DNA of 56,009 bases, counting the filler, from Thelocarpon superellum (taxonomy: Eukaryota): NCBI GenBank assembly GCA_026025795.1. It is 3 parts of 3 records of this genome, joined end to end, with 100 filler letters (N's around TTAATTAATTAA, not from the genome) between each part and the next. Parts side by side here need not be neighbours in the genome. Positions count along the whole stretch, not along the records: positions 1 to 18,669 come from JAPEUG010000359.1; positions 18,770 to 37,372 come from JAPEUG010000360.1; 1 more part is not named here. One strand, given 5' to 3'. The notes beneath the pieces were generated by a model that was given only the letters and a program-made list of their open reading frames with translations, had not been told where the DNA came from and did not search any database. This document shows, piece after piece, positions 12,379 through 24,731 of this stretch; the first letter of the stretch is position 1, and every line of letters begins with the position of its first letter. The position numbers and the translations under genes were made by a program.

Positions 12379-14022
12379 CTAGTAGAATTCAGCGTAGGGG
12401 TCTTCTTCCGCCAGACGCTTGTAATGTGCCAGAAGCCGCTGCCGTTCGCTTCGGGCGCTTGCTGGAGCTTGGTATGGCGTTGGGTCTTGCGGTGGTCCTT
12501 CGTGGGGTTTTGTCGGTGCTTTCTGTGCCTCCTGTGGTTGTGGTGACGACGAGAAGACGGGAGGGGCCTCGGCCTCAATTTGTGGCGGAGACGAACGAGG
12601 ATGAGGATGAGGACGAGGCGAGATAGGCCGGGAGACGTTTTCGTCGTCCATGTGGCCAACGCCAGCGCCAACTTCATCACCCCCATCAGCGATGTTGCCC
12701 ACACCTGCGTCTGCGTATGCGTCTGCGTTTGCATCTGCATTTGCACGTGCACTTGCACCATCACCACCTGGTTGATCACTCCACCTCACAGTCAATCGCT
12801 CGTCGAGCGACTTCGTCGGCGCACGATGAGGAGAAAAGAGCTTCCCAGACGTCTGGTTGATGATACGCTCGAATTTATCCCATGACGTCGGTGAATTGAA
12901 GTGTCGATCGACCTTTCCTTGTTCCTCTCGGGCGATCTTCAACGCCCCCATCGCGCGCAACTCGGACGGCGGTGCGAACAGTTTGGGTGGCGGCTGCGTG
13001 ACAGGTCGGAGCGCGTCGATTGCGTCCTTTCGTTGCTTCTTGGCTGTAGATCTCGCCGCGTACGCATTTCTTATGGACGCTGAGCTGTATAGCCTTGTGC
13101 TTGATGCTGCTCCTCGGTCTGACTCTTCATCTGATTTCGTCGATTGGAGATTTGTGCACTCAGTGGGGCATGGTCGACCTTTGCTTTCCCTTTGCAATGG
13201 ACGTCCACTCCCCTTAAAGACGTTTGTCCTTGGAGCTTTTGTGGCCGAGCTATTGACTGCTTCGCTGAGCTCTCCTTGGATCTGCCGTGACGCTGTAAGG
13301 TCGCCATCATTATTCGAATCGCTGTCGATTGTGATGTACAACTTGGAACGCTGTTGAGGTTGACCGCGACGCTGACGCACAGGCGTATCGTCATCAGACG
13401 ACAGTTCCATGCGCGGAGTATTCCTTCTCCTCACTCTCCTGGAAGACCTCGTCTCCATACGTCTCCTCTTTTCCGCCGGCGTCACGGGAGAGCTTCCTAG
13501 CACGACAATCTCATCCTCGCTGACTTCCAGCGGCGATTCAACTCTTGCTGTCTCGCAAGACTCTGTCAGTGCAGGATGCGAGACAAGGCTCCTTCCGCGA
13601 GGAGGAGATGGTGAAGCCCATCTCCTCGTTCGAGACGACGTAGCATTGAGCGTCGGCCGCTTCTCCGTCTTCTTGCTCGCCGCCACAGCGCGCTGCTTTG
13701 GCATTTCCGCCTCGGCATGTTTCTTGCGATTCCGTTGGAGGCTCCCAGAGTCGACTTCTCCGAGATTCGCTCGTTGCCGTGGCGGCACGGGTTGCCATGC
13801 GCTGGACGATTTTCGCGCCGCTACATCAGCACTCCTCGTCAGCCTTCTGCCGGAATCTAAGATACGCAAAGATCCACATACCACCTTGTCGTTTCCCGGA
13901 GACCTTCGTCGGAGCATAGACTTCCACTTGACCGTGTCTATCGACTCGTACATCGCGAACGTCGAGCGCCTCATCGTCGCTGTCTTGGCGGTTGAACGAC
14001 TGTTAGACATCGCCGCGTCCAT
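12379..14022 (-). CDS. Hypothetical low-complexity Ser/Arg/Pro-rich protein (547 aa)
   Basis: Long uninterrupted ATG-initiated ORF with basic clusters (KRRR, RRVRRR). No domain recognised. Confidence 0.65.
   Translation of the reverse strand: MDAAMSNSRSTAKTATMRRSTFAMYESIDTVKWKSMLRRRSPGNDKVVCGSLRILDSGRRLTRSADVAARKSSSAWQPVPPRQRANLGEVDSGSLQRNRKKHAEAEMPKQRAVAASKKTEKRPTLNATSSRTRRWASPSPPRGRSLVSHPALTESCETARVESPLEVSEDEIVVLGSSPVTPAEKRRRMETRSSRRVRRRNTPRMELSSDDDTPVRQRRGQPQQRSKLYITIDSDSNNDGDLTASRQIQGELSEAVNSSATKAPRTNVFKGSGRPLQRESKGRPCPTECTNLQSTKSDEESDRGAASSTRLYSSASIRNAYAARSTAKKQRKDAIDALRPVTQPPPKLFAPPSELRAMGALKIAREEQGKVDRHFNSPTSWDKFERIINQTSGKLFSPHRAPTKSLDERLTVRWSDQPGGDGASARANADANADAYADAGVGNIADGGDEVGAGVGHMDDENVSRPISPRPHPHPRSSPPQIEAEAPPVFSSSPQPQEAQKAPTKPHEGPPQDPTPYQAPASARSERQRLLAHYKRLAEEDPYAEFY
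12707..12758. repeat. Degenerate 6-bp tandem repeat (TGCRTN) encoding ASARANADANADAYADA
   Basis: tgcgtc tgcgta tgcgtc tgcgtt tgcatc tgcatt tgcacg tgcact tgca. Confidence 0.8.
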
Positions 14023-14773
14023 CGCCGGTGAGAAGTGGGCCGTGACCTACCGAAATCTATGATTTGGATCGTCCTAGATGAAAGCTCCTCCTGCAGGTTG
14101 CGAACTCGTGCCTGGACGGCAGGTTTCAATCCTGGGTGGGTCAGCTGGGAGCAATAGAAGGCTGGCGACGGTGGAACGTAAGGGGATGAACATACTTTCT
14201 ATGAAGTCAGACTGCTCTTCTTCCTCGCCATCTGAGCTCTTACGATCCTTGCCTCCCTTCCTGCTTCCTCTGGCCTCTGCATCGTTGTTAGGTTGCACGC
14301 GGAAGGAGCGACTCGAGTGAGAAGCGGAGGACGAGGAACAAGGAGAGAGCAAGGGGCATGAGAGAACAGAGGAGGGAATGCAGGAGGCAGACACTGGGAA
14401 CACACCTCTCATCTTCGTCTCAAAGATCGGTATTCTTCTGATATCTCGCCAGGGTTCCGGACCTGAAAAACCCCCCAATGGTGTCACCGCGTTTGGCGCC
14501 CCTCTAGATGAGCCACATCATGCTATTTTCTGTCAGGTCTCACTCGATCGTGGAGGTGTCGCGTCTCTTCAACGGGAGATGAAGTTCGGTTGGCATCAGA
14601 TGAACTAGACACATGCTGTCGAAGGATGGTGGAGATTGCAGTGGGAAGGAAAGTGTAGCTTGGGCCTTGACGCGTGGATGTCTCACGGTGAAGTCAACAC
14701 ATCATCAAAGTGAATAGGTCGTGATTCAGACCCAGCAGCGCATACGCAAGACTTATGTGCCCCTAACTCGATC

Positions 14774-15783
14774 CTATGTTACAATGCACGACCCGAATAC
14801 CCAGGCTATGAAGCCCTTGTCAGTCGAAGCATCCCCAGCTCTCTCACTTGACGCTGGTTCCTTCAAGGCGTAGGTGGTAGATGAGGCGTCTTTCGTGTTG
14901 ATCGATTCCGCATCTTGGGAAATGGATTTGGCCGATATGGAGGTCAATGATAAGGAAAATGATCCCTCTTGATCACCAAAGAAGCTATGCCACATTTAGT
15001 GGGGCTGCTCGAATCATGTCTGACTGGCCTTTCGAACCTTCGCATCATCAAGCTGAACCGCTTGATGCTTTGAAGATCCAGTTTCGGCGCATCTTTCATT
15101 TCTCGCCCTCGATACGTTGCCTGAAGATGGTTCCATGGGACAAAGATCGTTCCAGTCTGGTTCTGTCCCACATCAGACGGGACACGAAAGTCGTACTCAT
15201 AGGAAATGGTGGACTGTTCCCTCCCATTTTCGGGATTCGGAGGGAGTAACGAATCCTTGAGGATCAAAGTGTATCTTTTGTCTGTGGTACCGTTCAACGA
15301 TCCGGCATACCGACGTCCTCGGCCAACGTACCATCGGCCTGCGCGACGACAATTTCAAGACCATCATACGCCGAGAGGTCCCAGCAGCGGTCATCACGAG
15401 TCGTGCGCTGGCTGGCAAAGCCGGCGCCTCCCAATGTCGTAATGTCCAGACAGCCGTGAAACCGAGCGACATCACGAGTTGACGAGCAGTCCAGGAAAGA
15501 CTTTCAACGGCATCAGCGCTTCACGCAGGTACGGTCGTGATGCCTGCTGCTGCGCTTGCACGGTACCTGCGACTGTCCTCCCCGGACGCGATCGTCACTA
15601 GCCGTCCAACCGGACGGATCCCACGGACTACACTGGTCAGCCGGGGCCCTTGGTCTCCCTCGAAGACAACCATGAAACCAAGCCAAGTGTGGGGTGAGAC
15701 CCAACGCGCTCGGAGGAGAAGCTCGAGACTGGGACTGACCTGGTGCCGCCAAAAAGAAAGCATTGGTGCTGCAGGAGACCCAT
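14774..15783 (-). CDS. CIA30-family (complex I intermediate-associated protein 30-like) protein
   Basis: Spliced translation MGLLQHQCFLFGGT|SPWDPSGWTASDDRVRGGQSQ|SFLDC..ARFHGCLDITTLGGAGFASQRT..KRYTLILKD..STISYEYDF..ATYRGRE..SLMMR|SFFGDQEGSFSL, with three canonical introns. Confidence 0.9.
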
Positions 15784-17468
15784 TGGTCGGCTGGGTGTGA
15801 GATTATCGTTGCATGCACTCTAGCTATCAGCCTTGCCCGAGTCGAGGTCACATGAGGGGCACACACAGATGAAACAATGGCCGAGAGCTGCCGACCGTGT
15901 GTTGGTGCCACCACTGGGGTGTCACGGAGTGTCACGGAGCGTCAAGGGGTGGATTAGGGACACAGCGATTGATTACGTGCAGGGACAAGGCTGATGCATC
16001 GACGGTCCACGACGACGCCATCCTTCTAGTCTGATCGTCTAAATTCTTCCAAATCACTTCTCGACCAGTGGTCGCTTCGTCCCCACGCAGTTGGCCCCCG
16101 GCCCCAGCGTCACCATCCCCTTCACCCCTACCGCCATCCTCGCTTCACCCACCACGCCATTTCCCCTTGCACCGACTTGCTCCGTGGACCTGGCTCGGCG
16201 CCACCCGCCTAGCCGTTTCTCACGACCGCTCGACGCGGCTCGCGTTCACTCATCTCATCTCAAAGGCTGCCCTCCTGTTGTTTCCGCCCCCACTAGACGC
16301 GATGGCGGGGCGAACGTGTCGGTGATTGCTGTGCAAGACACAAGCTCGTAAGAGTTTCATGTCCTGTGTATGCCCTACCGACACCGGACATTTGCCAATG
16401 CTCATTTCGCGATGCCCCACATGTGCCATTGGTGGGACCGTCGACTTGACGCACACATGTGGCCCGGCGTGAGAGACGCTCGCGAGCCCGATGTAGCATC
16501 TCGTCCGCAGCCAGGTTGCGCGGAGGGCGACCCAGCACCCGGGTGCGAGGCGCGAGGTGACGCGAGGCTTTACTTCTGCCCCTTTGTGCCAGAGGGTGAC
16601 ACAACTTCAGCCCGGAGGCGGCGTTGTTCGGTCGACGCCGCTGGAAAGTCTGGGGCAGCCCAGGTCATCGGTAGTGCGACCGACGTGGAGCAGGGAGGCC
16701 ACGAGATGCTCTGCTCGGGTTCATCATCGGCACGGCCGTATCCCCTCACCCGAGATCAGGACGGGAGGTTGTCCGAGCGTCATACGAATGCCTCCGCCGT
16801 AAGACACGTTGACCACGCCGAGACGCGCCATTCCACACCTTGCAGCGCGTTGCACGCACGAGTCAGACGAAGGTCGAGCACATGCAACGGAGGTGCCTAG
16901 ATCAACGAATGGTAGACACTCCCCTCGCTCGCGCACAGATCGACGCGAACCGGGCGAAAGTCATAGATACATGCGTCTTCGTAGAAGAAATCAACAGAGA
17001 AGCGTCCGCGTCATCAGACCCGCGGATCACCATGTTTTGGGAGACGACCTTCTCGTCAGTCGGGATAAGTCGGCAAAACAGAAACCCAAGACGCCGTGTC
17101 GCCCCAATGCAGTCAAACCCACGCTCAGGCAATACATCGCACGTGGACACCCCCGCGGCCCATGCAAACCACACGTCCCTGCCGTAAGTCTACACCATCC
17201 TCTCCGAAGCCCCCAGGACTTCCCAAGAATCCCGTTTCCAGCCCCGTGGTCATATAAGAATTCATCACGCTATCCGCAGATAAGGCGAGCCCGGGATCGA
17301 CGCGGGTGTTGGCGGAAAGACGGTCGTCAAGTCGCTCGGGGACCCAGGCATCGAGTGCTCGAAACACTCGGACAGTGGCGGGGTCTGTCCGAGGGATCGT
17401 CAGCAAAGTAGCCGAGTCCAGGGCGAAGACGACGAGATCGAGTGAAAAAGGGAAGCGAATCGACGAGA

Positions 17469-18356
17469 CTAGGACGGGAATCGAGAATCGGGGAGAATTA
17501 CGTGAGATCCTGAAGCCGTGAATGCGTCCGAGGTCGGTATCTCCATTCCCGCCATCGCCGCGTAGCTCACGTTGAAAGGGCTGATGGTGTCCTCGGGGTA
17601 GAGAGGGTCGGCTTCGAACTTCATCAGGCCAGGATTGCCTGCGCCCATGGTGGGGATGGGAGGGAAGTAGTTGAACTGAAAGGGCACCTCCGCGCTCATG
17701 CTGGGCGCCGCGAGACCGTACGAGGTCGCGTGCGAGTACTGGTGCGACAGCGTCGGGTCTGCAAGCTGGTATGGCGGGCAGGCGAAGGGCGGTGGCGTCG
17801 TGGACAAAGAGCGCGAGAAACCATCGTCCAAGCTGGAGAGCGTCTCCTCGCGCGGTGACGATGACGGCGTGCGCGACGTCAGTCCGTCGAATCCCAATCT
17901 CGACTCCATCGCGTTCGGGTACGACACCGACTCCTCCTCGCTATGCTCGCGCTGTCCCGCGGTCGAGGTGCGGTCCAGCTCCTGATACTGCTGCGGCGGT
18001 GAGGTCGACGTCGAGCCGGCGCGTCGTTCGAGGTCCTCCATCCTCCGCTTTTGCTTCTTGCCTGCTTGGGTCAGCGGTCCATCGCGCACTGGCCGCGCCC
18101 GTAGAGACCTACGGTAATTCCGCTGCGCGATTCGGTTTTGGATCCTCCGCCGCTCGGCCAAGTCCGCGATCTTGGTCCAATCTTCGTTGGGGTGCGCGCT
18201 GGCGCTGAAGGCGCTGCTCGTGCCAACGCTGGTAGAGTATCGGGGAGTCGGCGGCGATGAGCACGCATACGCGTACGCGTTGATGTTCGCGTGTGCGTAC
18301 GAGGACCGCCGCATCTCCGGCGATGGGGCGGATTGCGGTGCGCGACGACTCGGCAT
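17469..18356 (-). CDS. bZIP transcription factor; 3' end may be spliced further
   Basis: Basic region and zipper HPNEDWTKIADLAERRRIQNRIAQRNYR|KKQKRRMEDLERRA. Intron 18062-18112 (GTAGGT..GCTGAC..CAG). A possible extra donor GTAATT lies near 17500. Confidence 0.88.
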   Translation of the reverse strand: MPSRRAPQSAPSPEMRRSSYAHANINAYAYACSSPPTPRYSTSVGTSSAFSASAHPNEDWTKIADLAERRRIQNRIAQRNYRRSLRARPVRDGPLTQAGKKQKRRMEDLERRAGSTSTSPPQQYQELDRTSTAGQREHSEEESVSYPNAMESRLGFDGLTSRTPSSSPREETLSSLDDGFSRSLSTTPPPFACPPYQLADPTLSHQYSHATSYGLAAPSMSAEVPFQFNYFPPIPTMGAGNPGLMKFEADPLYPEDTISPFNVSYAAMAGMEIPTSDAFTASGSHVILPDSRFPS

Positions 18357-18669
18357 GGTAGCAAGGGGGCAGGAGCAAGGGGCCAGCAGGGCGGAAGGGG
18401 TGAGGAGACAACAGGAGGTGGAGCGGCTTGGTCGAGCGTGACTCGAGCAGAGCAGGCGATGAGAGAAGAGCCGAGAGAGCTGGACTCGATGATGCGTGAA
18501 ATCACGAGAGGAATGGAGCAGACGTGACCGGGACGTGTCTTATTTATCAGCGTTCGTCGCGGCCCACAGGCCGTTGCTGCTGTCGCGCTCGCCGAGCCGT
18601 ACCCATGGCCACCCGACCAGGGTACAACGTGAGGTGCTACAGCGGACGTGCATCCGCCATGGTTACTTT

Positions 18670-18769
18670 NNNNNNNNNNNNNNNNNNNNNNNNNNNNNNN
18701 NNNNNNNNNNNNNTTAATTAATTAANNNNNNNNNNNNNNNNNNNNNNNNNNNNNNNNNNNNNNNNNNNN
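18670..18769. other. Artificial contig-joining spacer
   Basis: 44 N + TTAATTAATTAA (stop codons in all six frames) + 44 N. Confidence 0.97.
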
Positions 18770-19433
18770 CGCAATCTATGGCGACGTGGTGCGGAAATGT
18801 CTCCGATGTGGCTTTGGCCGTGGCGAGGACCTCAATCAGCCAGCGCTCCAGGAAGGCGTATACCAGGAAGTGATTTGCCCGTTGAGACGGTTGGAGGATA
18901 AGTTTCGCGAGTTATAGATCGGGAGTGAGAATTGAGAAAGGATTTGAGCATGTAGACGGTAGTACACGAGGAACTGCACGCTGCAGAGGGTTAATCACGG
19001 AAGGAGCCTGACCGATTCAGTCTACCACGTAGACTTCTCGACTGTCAATAATGAGGCCATAGACTGTTCTCTACGTGTACCATCGTATCTTCACAGGGTC
19101 CAACGATGGCCCTGAATATCTCAAATGTAGCAAGAAATGGAGCAGTAGTGAAAGTAAGCGACTGAGCGGATAGGGCGCATAGGGTGTGTGTGGAATAAAA
19201 TAATGGAATAAAATAGAGGGTCGATTATTTTAATCGTCTATCCTGGCGGGTTCTTATCCTAGCCCGATAGTCATCTTTCACATTGAACAGCATTATTGTC
19301 CGTGTTCCTTCGTTCCTTCGTTCTTCATCGCTTGAGCCAGGACTCTATTGCGACTACCACAACGATCAACGATCAGAATCGTCATTACACACCGATGCTG
19401 GTGTGAAAGAACAGGATTCACAAGGAAAGGAAA

Positions 19434-20710
19434 TCAATAATCCAATCCCTCTGCCGGCCTCACGCTCGCTGACGTATCCCCCTGAGCCTGGAAAACTCGA
19501 AGAGAGCGGATGGTCCAGTAGGACAGCGAGAAGATGGAGGGGTTCGCGGCCACGAAGGCCTCGCATGTTGTTCCGGTGCTAGACTGGCACCCGCTGCTCT
19601 CCCAGACGCTTTTTGCCCAGTCGCCGCAGAAATCCGTGTTGAAGACCTGTAGAGGTGGAGGGAAGAAGCGAGCGTCAGTGGGAGATTCTTGGTGTGATTA
19701 GATGAGAGGAAAGAGAGTTTAGGGATGAATGAAGGAGGGAGGGAGGGGAGGTCTACTCACAATCCGATTGTTCTTAAACTCCTCGTCAACTTTACACCCG
19801 GATCCTGCGGAGAAGTTCCCCGTCGGCTGGTACCATTGGGATGGATCGGGGGTGTCGGAGAAAACGTTATGGGGCGCCGTGCCGTTGGGCCAGAACCAGA
19901 TCGCAAAGGCCTCCGATGTCCACTCGAGCGCGTACACGCCGCCTCCGTTCTCGTTGAATCCTCGGCCAAAGGACGTCGTCCGATAGTCAAACGTGCCGCA
20001 GCCTGCGTTCTAATTCGCGGCGGCATTGCAGTTTTCTAATTGCGGTGGCTCCAGTGGCGACGTGATGGACATCTGACATTGGCCCCCGGCGTGCAGAGAC
20101 ATTTTGTTCTGTATCGCGTTGTTGACGTTTTCCAAGATATCGATCTCGCCGTTTGACGGCCACTCGGGTCCGTAGAGCCAACTGTGGATTGCCATCTTTG
20201 CATCAGCGAGGGGCCTGCGGAGGGATGTGGGAGAAGAGAAGTGGGACTCACAATCCTGGCCATGCCCCACATGCGTCGCCCGGCATGTGCGCAATGTCGG
20301 CAATGAAAAGGCCGTGCGTGTATGCATTCTTGCTCTCGATCCGGACGCTGCTGCGCCCAGTAATGAGGGGATCTGGATAGGTCCATGCTGTTTCGTTGTC
20401 CACGCCCACATACACGGCCGAGCCTCCCACGCGGCCGATGAGCGCCTTCTGCTCGGCAGTTGTCTGATCTAGATATTTCACGTAGCCATTCGACTTATCG
20501 GGTTGCTGAGGACTTCATGAGCAATGCCATCCTCGCACGATGTACGACAGCACGCGTGGTAGCGCGACGTACGCTGTTAAAGTCAAACATGGAGAAGAAA
20601 TGGTCGAAGTTCTGAGGTTGGTAGTCATCTTTCATGGTGTAGCTGAAGGACGAGGCCGCGGCCACACAGGTTGCAGTGGCAAAGAGCAAAAGCTGCCGAA
20701 CAGAAGGCAT
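19434..20710 (-). CDS. Secreted GH16 endo-1,3(4)-beta-glucanase (fungal Lam16A-like)
   Basis: Signal peptide MPSVRQLLLFATATCVAAA; motifs GRSSVRIESK, GLFIADIAHMPG, catalytic WPSNGEIDILE, GGVYALEW and VFNTDFCGDWA. Three introns; stop TGA at 19436-19434. Confidence 0.92.
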
Positions 20711-21543
20711 GACGACGATGGAGACGAGTTAAAAGACAACGCTCTAAGGAGGGTGAGGGTTGAAAAGCTGGCGGGCACCGCCTTCGTCTCTGTATCGTGG
20801 CGGACGGCTATGAAGACGGCCATGGCGCAGGTTTTGTGCTGTTCCGCTCGACGCCAGGGCAGCCCCTGGTGTGCGCCTTGCAATCACGTCTGCATTGAAA
20901 CAAGACGATTGATTGATTAGGAAGAGCACCGGAGCTTCCGAGGAATGACGAGACGTATAGGGATACGTGCTCCGATTGGACCGACCGGGGGCGCTCGGGC
21001 CAACGGCTTCCCAGGGTCTTGAAGTCACGCAGCAGGATGGTAACCAAACCGTATCAGGGGGGATGTAAAACAATGTGCACGGAGACAAAGGAAATGGGAT
21101 GCATAGGCCATCTTGGCAGGGTCATCAGGTCGTGCATTACGTGGATTTGGGACTCGGGTTGGAGCAGTGCAAGAGGATGGAAGGATGACGAATGCTAAGA
21201 ACACCGTGCGAAGACTTTCGTCGAAATTGCCGTCACGGGATGGGAGGCAATCGGACGACCGTCTTCACTTGCCTCTCGTAGGGCTCAGAGACATGGGCGA
21301 CGGCATTGCGACGGCATGAGGACGGAACGACTGCCGTTGTCGTTGGAATGGAATCAAGATTGACGAGAGATCAGTTCCGAGTTCTCCGGCTTCATGCATC
21401 CAACTACGGCCAATGCATTTGCTTTGGCGATGACCCGATCCACGCCATCTATCCCTTGGTGCCGAGTCAGGCAAAAGCGGCCTGCAGGGAACACATACAA
21501 GATCTAGAGGAGATGGCAGACATCCCTCGAGGATACTGGCCCA

Positions 21544-23206
21544 CTACGTCGCTATCCATGAACAGATTCCCCCGTCCCCTTCCATCGTCTTTCTTCCTAG
21601 CACCTCCCACACCTTCTTGCTGACGCCCTGCTTTTGTCCCGTGCGTTCTTCAAAATATGCTACTACCTGCCTTCGGGACTTCTCCCCCTGTCGCACCACA
21701 GCTTCGATCTCCGCTTCACGCGGGAGCGCCAACCAGGCGTGCGGATACTCGGCATACTCGTCCGAGCTACGGCCCGAGTTCAGCAGGGCCAGACGCTCGG
21801 CGCCCTCGAGGCTGAAGAAGTGGTCGACGTTGCCCGAGGACGTCTCGGATGACGCGGGCGACGAGGACAAGGGCGGCGGGGCCCACTGCGGCGTGGCCGG
21901 CGGTTTTCGGATCAAGCGGGCGGAGATGCCCTCGACGAAGTCAGGATGGGCCATCATCTTGCCCGCCAGCACGTATTCTCGCTGGAAGGTCTCGCTGATG
22001 TTCCATTGTCGACCTAGCCGCATCTGTCGCAGCGTCACCCGCACCGCCGTTGGCGACCGCTCCTGGAGCGTTTGCAGGGTGGCCCGGGCCCAGGGCGAAT
22101 CCTCCTTCTCCAACGCGGCGACAATTTCCTCGACGGTGTCCAAGGCGAAGCATCGGTCGATGGCCTCGCGAGTGGGTCCCGCCATCGCCATGGGCTCGTC
22201 ATGTGGCAAGCCCGTCACGAACTCCTCAATCGTCGAATTGATGACGGCACATCGTTCGGGGAGGCTGGCGGCATCGGGAAAGGTGAGTTCGGCCAGACGG
22301 CCTTCGAGATCGGGCAGAGACGAGGAGTGTAGATAGTGGGTGGCGATACCGGCGTAGCTATCAAGGGGTCAGCGGGTCTGGTCGCACGAGAATGGACGCC
22401 GCTCACAAGACGTTCACGCCCTTCAGGCGCTCGCTGGTCAGCGCAAGATAGGTGCCCGTGGCCCCGTCGAGCCGGGGCAGAAAGAAGCTGCCCCCGACAT
22501 CGGGGAAGAAGCCAATGGTGCATTCTGGCATGGCGAACACCGTTCGCTCCGTGGCGATGCGGAAAGGCGCGTGGACGCTGAGGCCTACACCTCCTCCCAT
22601 GCTGATGCCGTCCATAAAGGCCACGTAGGGTTTGGAGTAGGTGGCGATCAGATGGTCGAGCCGGTATTCGAGCTCAAAGTAGGCTTTGGACCGCTTCATC
22701 CCTTCGGGACCGCCGTCCATGTTGTCTCGTGCGAGCGCGGCGACGTCTCCACCCGCACAAAACGCCTTCTCGCCCGCGCCTTTCATGACGATGACGTTGG
22801 CCATCTGCGACTTTTCCCACTCCTATCCATGCAGGCGTCAGTGCCATTACGCCAGGCGCCCATCCATCGACGTACCTTTAATCGTGGCACGATCTTCCGC
22901 GCCATGGATCCGTTCAGCGAGTTGAGCTTCTTGGGCCGGTTGAGTTCGATGGTGCGGACGCCGTAGAGGGTGTTGAAGAGCACATCGTCAGCCTCGTCGC
23001 CCGGCTGTTCGCGCGGCAGGTCCGCCTGGGTCGCGAGCTGTGCCGCGGTCAATGGATGGTCGGTCGAGCGAGGGTGGCCCACCTACCCGTGCCTGGCCGG
23101 TGAAGGCCGGGTTGACGATTTTCGACTTGAGCGGCATGCTGGGCGGGACGTGGGCGCACCTGGCCAACGAAGAGGCTGCCGGACGAAGAGATCGACTGGC
23201 GAACAT
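21544..23206 (-). CDS. EHD3: Mitochondrial 3-hydroxyisobutyryl-CoA hydrolase (HIBCH/Ehd3; mitoribosomal mS47 in yeast)
   Basis: Presequence-like MFASRSLRPAASSLAR; motifs LNRPKKLNSLN, AFCAGGDV, MDGISMGGGVGLS, FAMPECTIGFFPDVGGS, RSPTAVRVTL and DFVEGISARLI. Three introns. Confidence 0.95.
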
Positions 23207-23548
23207 CAAGGCCAGCGTGGGTGCGGTCGGTCTTGCAATTGACTTGAACGGCCGCTGTTGTTGCTGCGGGTTCCTGCGTCCGTCGGCTTCCAGATGCGGA
23301 GGTTTGGCGGGTTGGACCTCGACAGAATTTGGGAATGTCGAGATGCTCGATCGTACACGTCCTCGACATCTTGTTCCCCAAGGATCACCCCATGGTTCCG
23401 AGCCGCCTTTTCATCTCTCTTGGCGTAAAGCAGTCCCGGGACCAAGCTCTAGCTACCTGTGCGAAGAACGAGTGGCACTTTCTGGTAACTCTTGGGTGCC
23501 TCTTCTCACGATTCCGCCCACGCGGTTCATTTCCCTTGTACAAGCTAT

Positions 23549-24515
23549 CTATGATACAGTCGACGTGAGACGCGAGGCCATGGGAACCAGATCGCTTTGG
23601 TGATCCAGTAAGATCTTGTTCAATGCGCTCCGCTCGATGATGACCCGGCCGAGTTCAAGCAAGTCCTTCACGTCCACCTCCTTCTCTTCCAGCACCCGGC
23701 CATCCTCCCCGGCCTCTTCCAAGGCCTCGTGCAGATTGGGCCGGTGCGACTTGGTGACAATCAAGGACCGACCATGGGGTCTACCCCAATGGTTCTGCTC
23801 AAAGATGTGTTTGATCAAACGCGTCTTGGGAAAGGGTAGGTCGACGTCGTCTTCGGTAATGATCAATTCTCCTTTCTGGTATCGATAGCTGAGCGCCGTC
23901 CGCCACGCCTGATCATAGATCTTGCGGGGAAGCTCGGTGGAGAAGTCGCGCGGCTTGGGGCCAAAGGCTACTCCACCGCCGCGGAGCATGGGCGACGTCT
24001 TGTCGCCCAATCTCGCTTTGCCCGTCCCTTTCTGTGGTCGGATCTTGCGCTTGCTCCCGTGGATCTCGGATCGCCACTTCGTACTCGCGGTGCCGGTCCG
24101 CGTCTTCGCGGCTTCGTAGATGACGGCGCGGTGGAGGAGATCGCGTCGGAGCGGGAGGCGAAGATGGAAGGGCGAATGATGCTCGAATCGAAGGGGCTCC
24201 ATGGCGGGAAAGGAGTAGACGGTGGTCAGCACGGGCGCGGCTATGCTCGTCAGCGACATCAATTTTCGAGCGGCGGGGACCGGATGGCCTACTCGACGGG
24301 ATTGACGGAATGTGTTCGGGGAAAGGCGTCGGGGACACCGCGACTTCTGTCGCCATCGAGCGAGACCAGCGTGGTGCGAGACATTGCTGGAGGCAGAGAT
24401 TAGCTTCAGTGGGGGACTTTGGAGCCTCACGCGCTCATACCCCTAACGAATCCAAGACGAGGCCTTTCTCATGACAGACGCGCTGCAAGAGCTGAGGCCA
24501 TCGCGGGAGTGCCAT
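23549..24515 (-). CDS. YML6: Mitochondrial ribosomal protein uL4m
   Basis: Motifs GTASTKWRSEIHGSKRKIRPQKGTGKARLGDKTSPMLRGGGVAFGPKPRDF and DVKDLLELGRVIIE. ATG at 24515, intron 24387-24440 and a second intron near 24241-24291. Confidence 0.93.
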
Positions 24516-24731
24516 CGATGCTCGAGAGATGGCTGGTTCATGGAATTGGGAGGAACGGGGGCCAGTGAGAGAAGACAGAGCAAACGTGGGAGCTGGGAGC
24601 GCCTCCGTCGAACGGGCGGAGATGGAAACTTCGCGGCAACTTCCGTCTCGTCCAGTCGAGTCGCGCGTCGAGCTGCACGACGGCAACAGATTGTCGGCGA
24701 CCACACCCCATCACCGTCCACCATCTCTGCC

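Noticed and set aside
18714..18725. TTAATTAATTAA palindrome as piggyBac site or regulatory element
   Set aside because: It is centred in N runs and repeated identically at 37417-37428, so it is an assembly linker.
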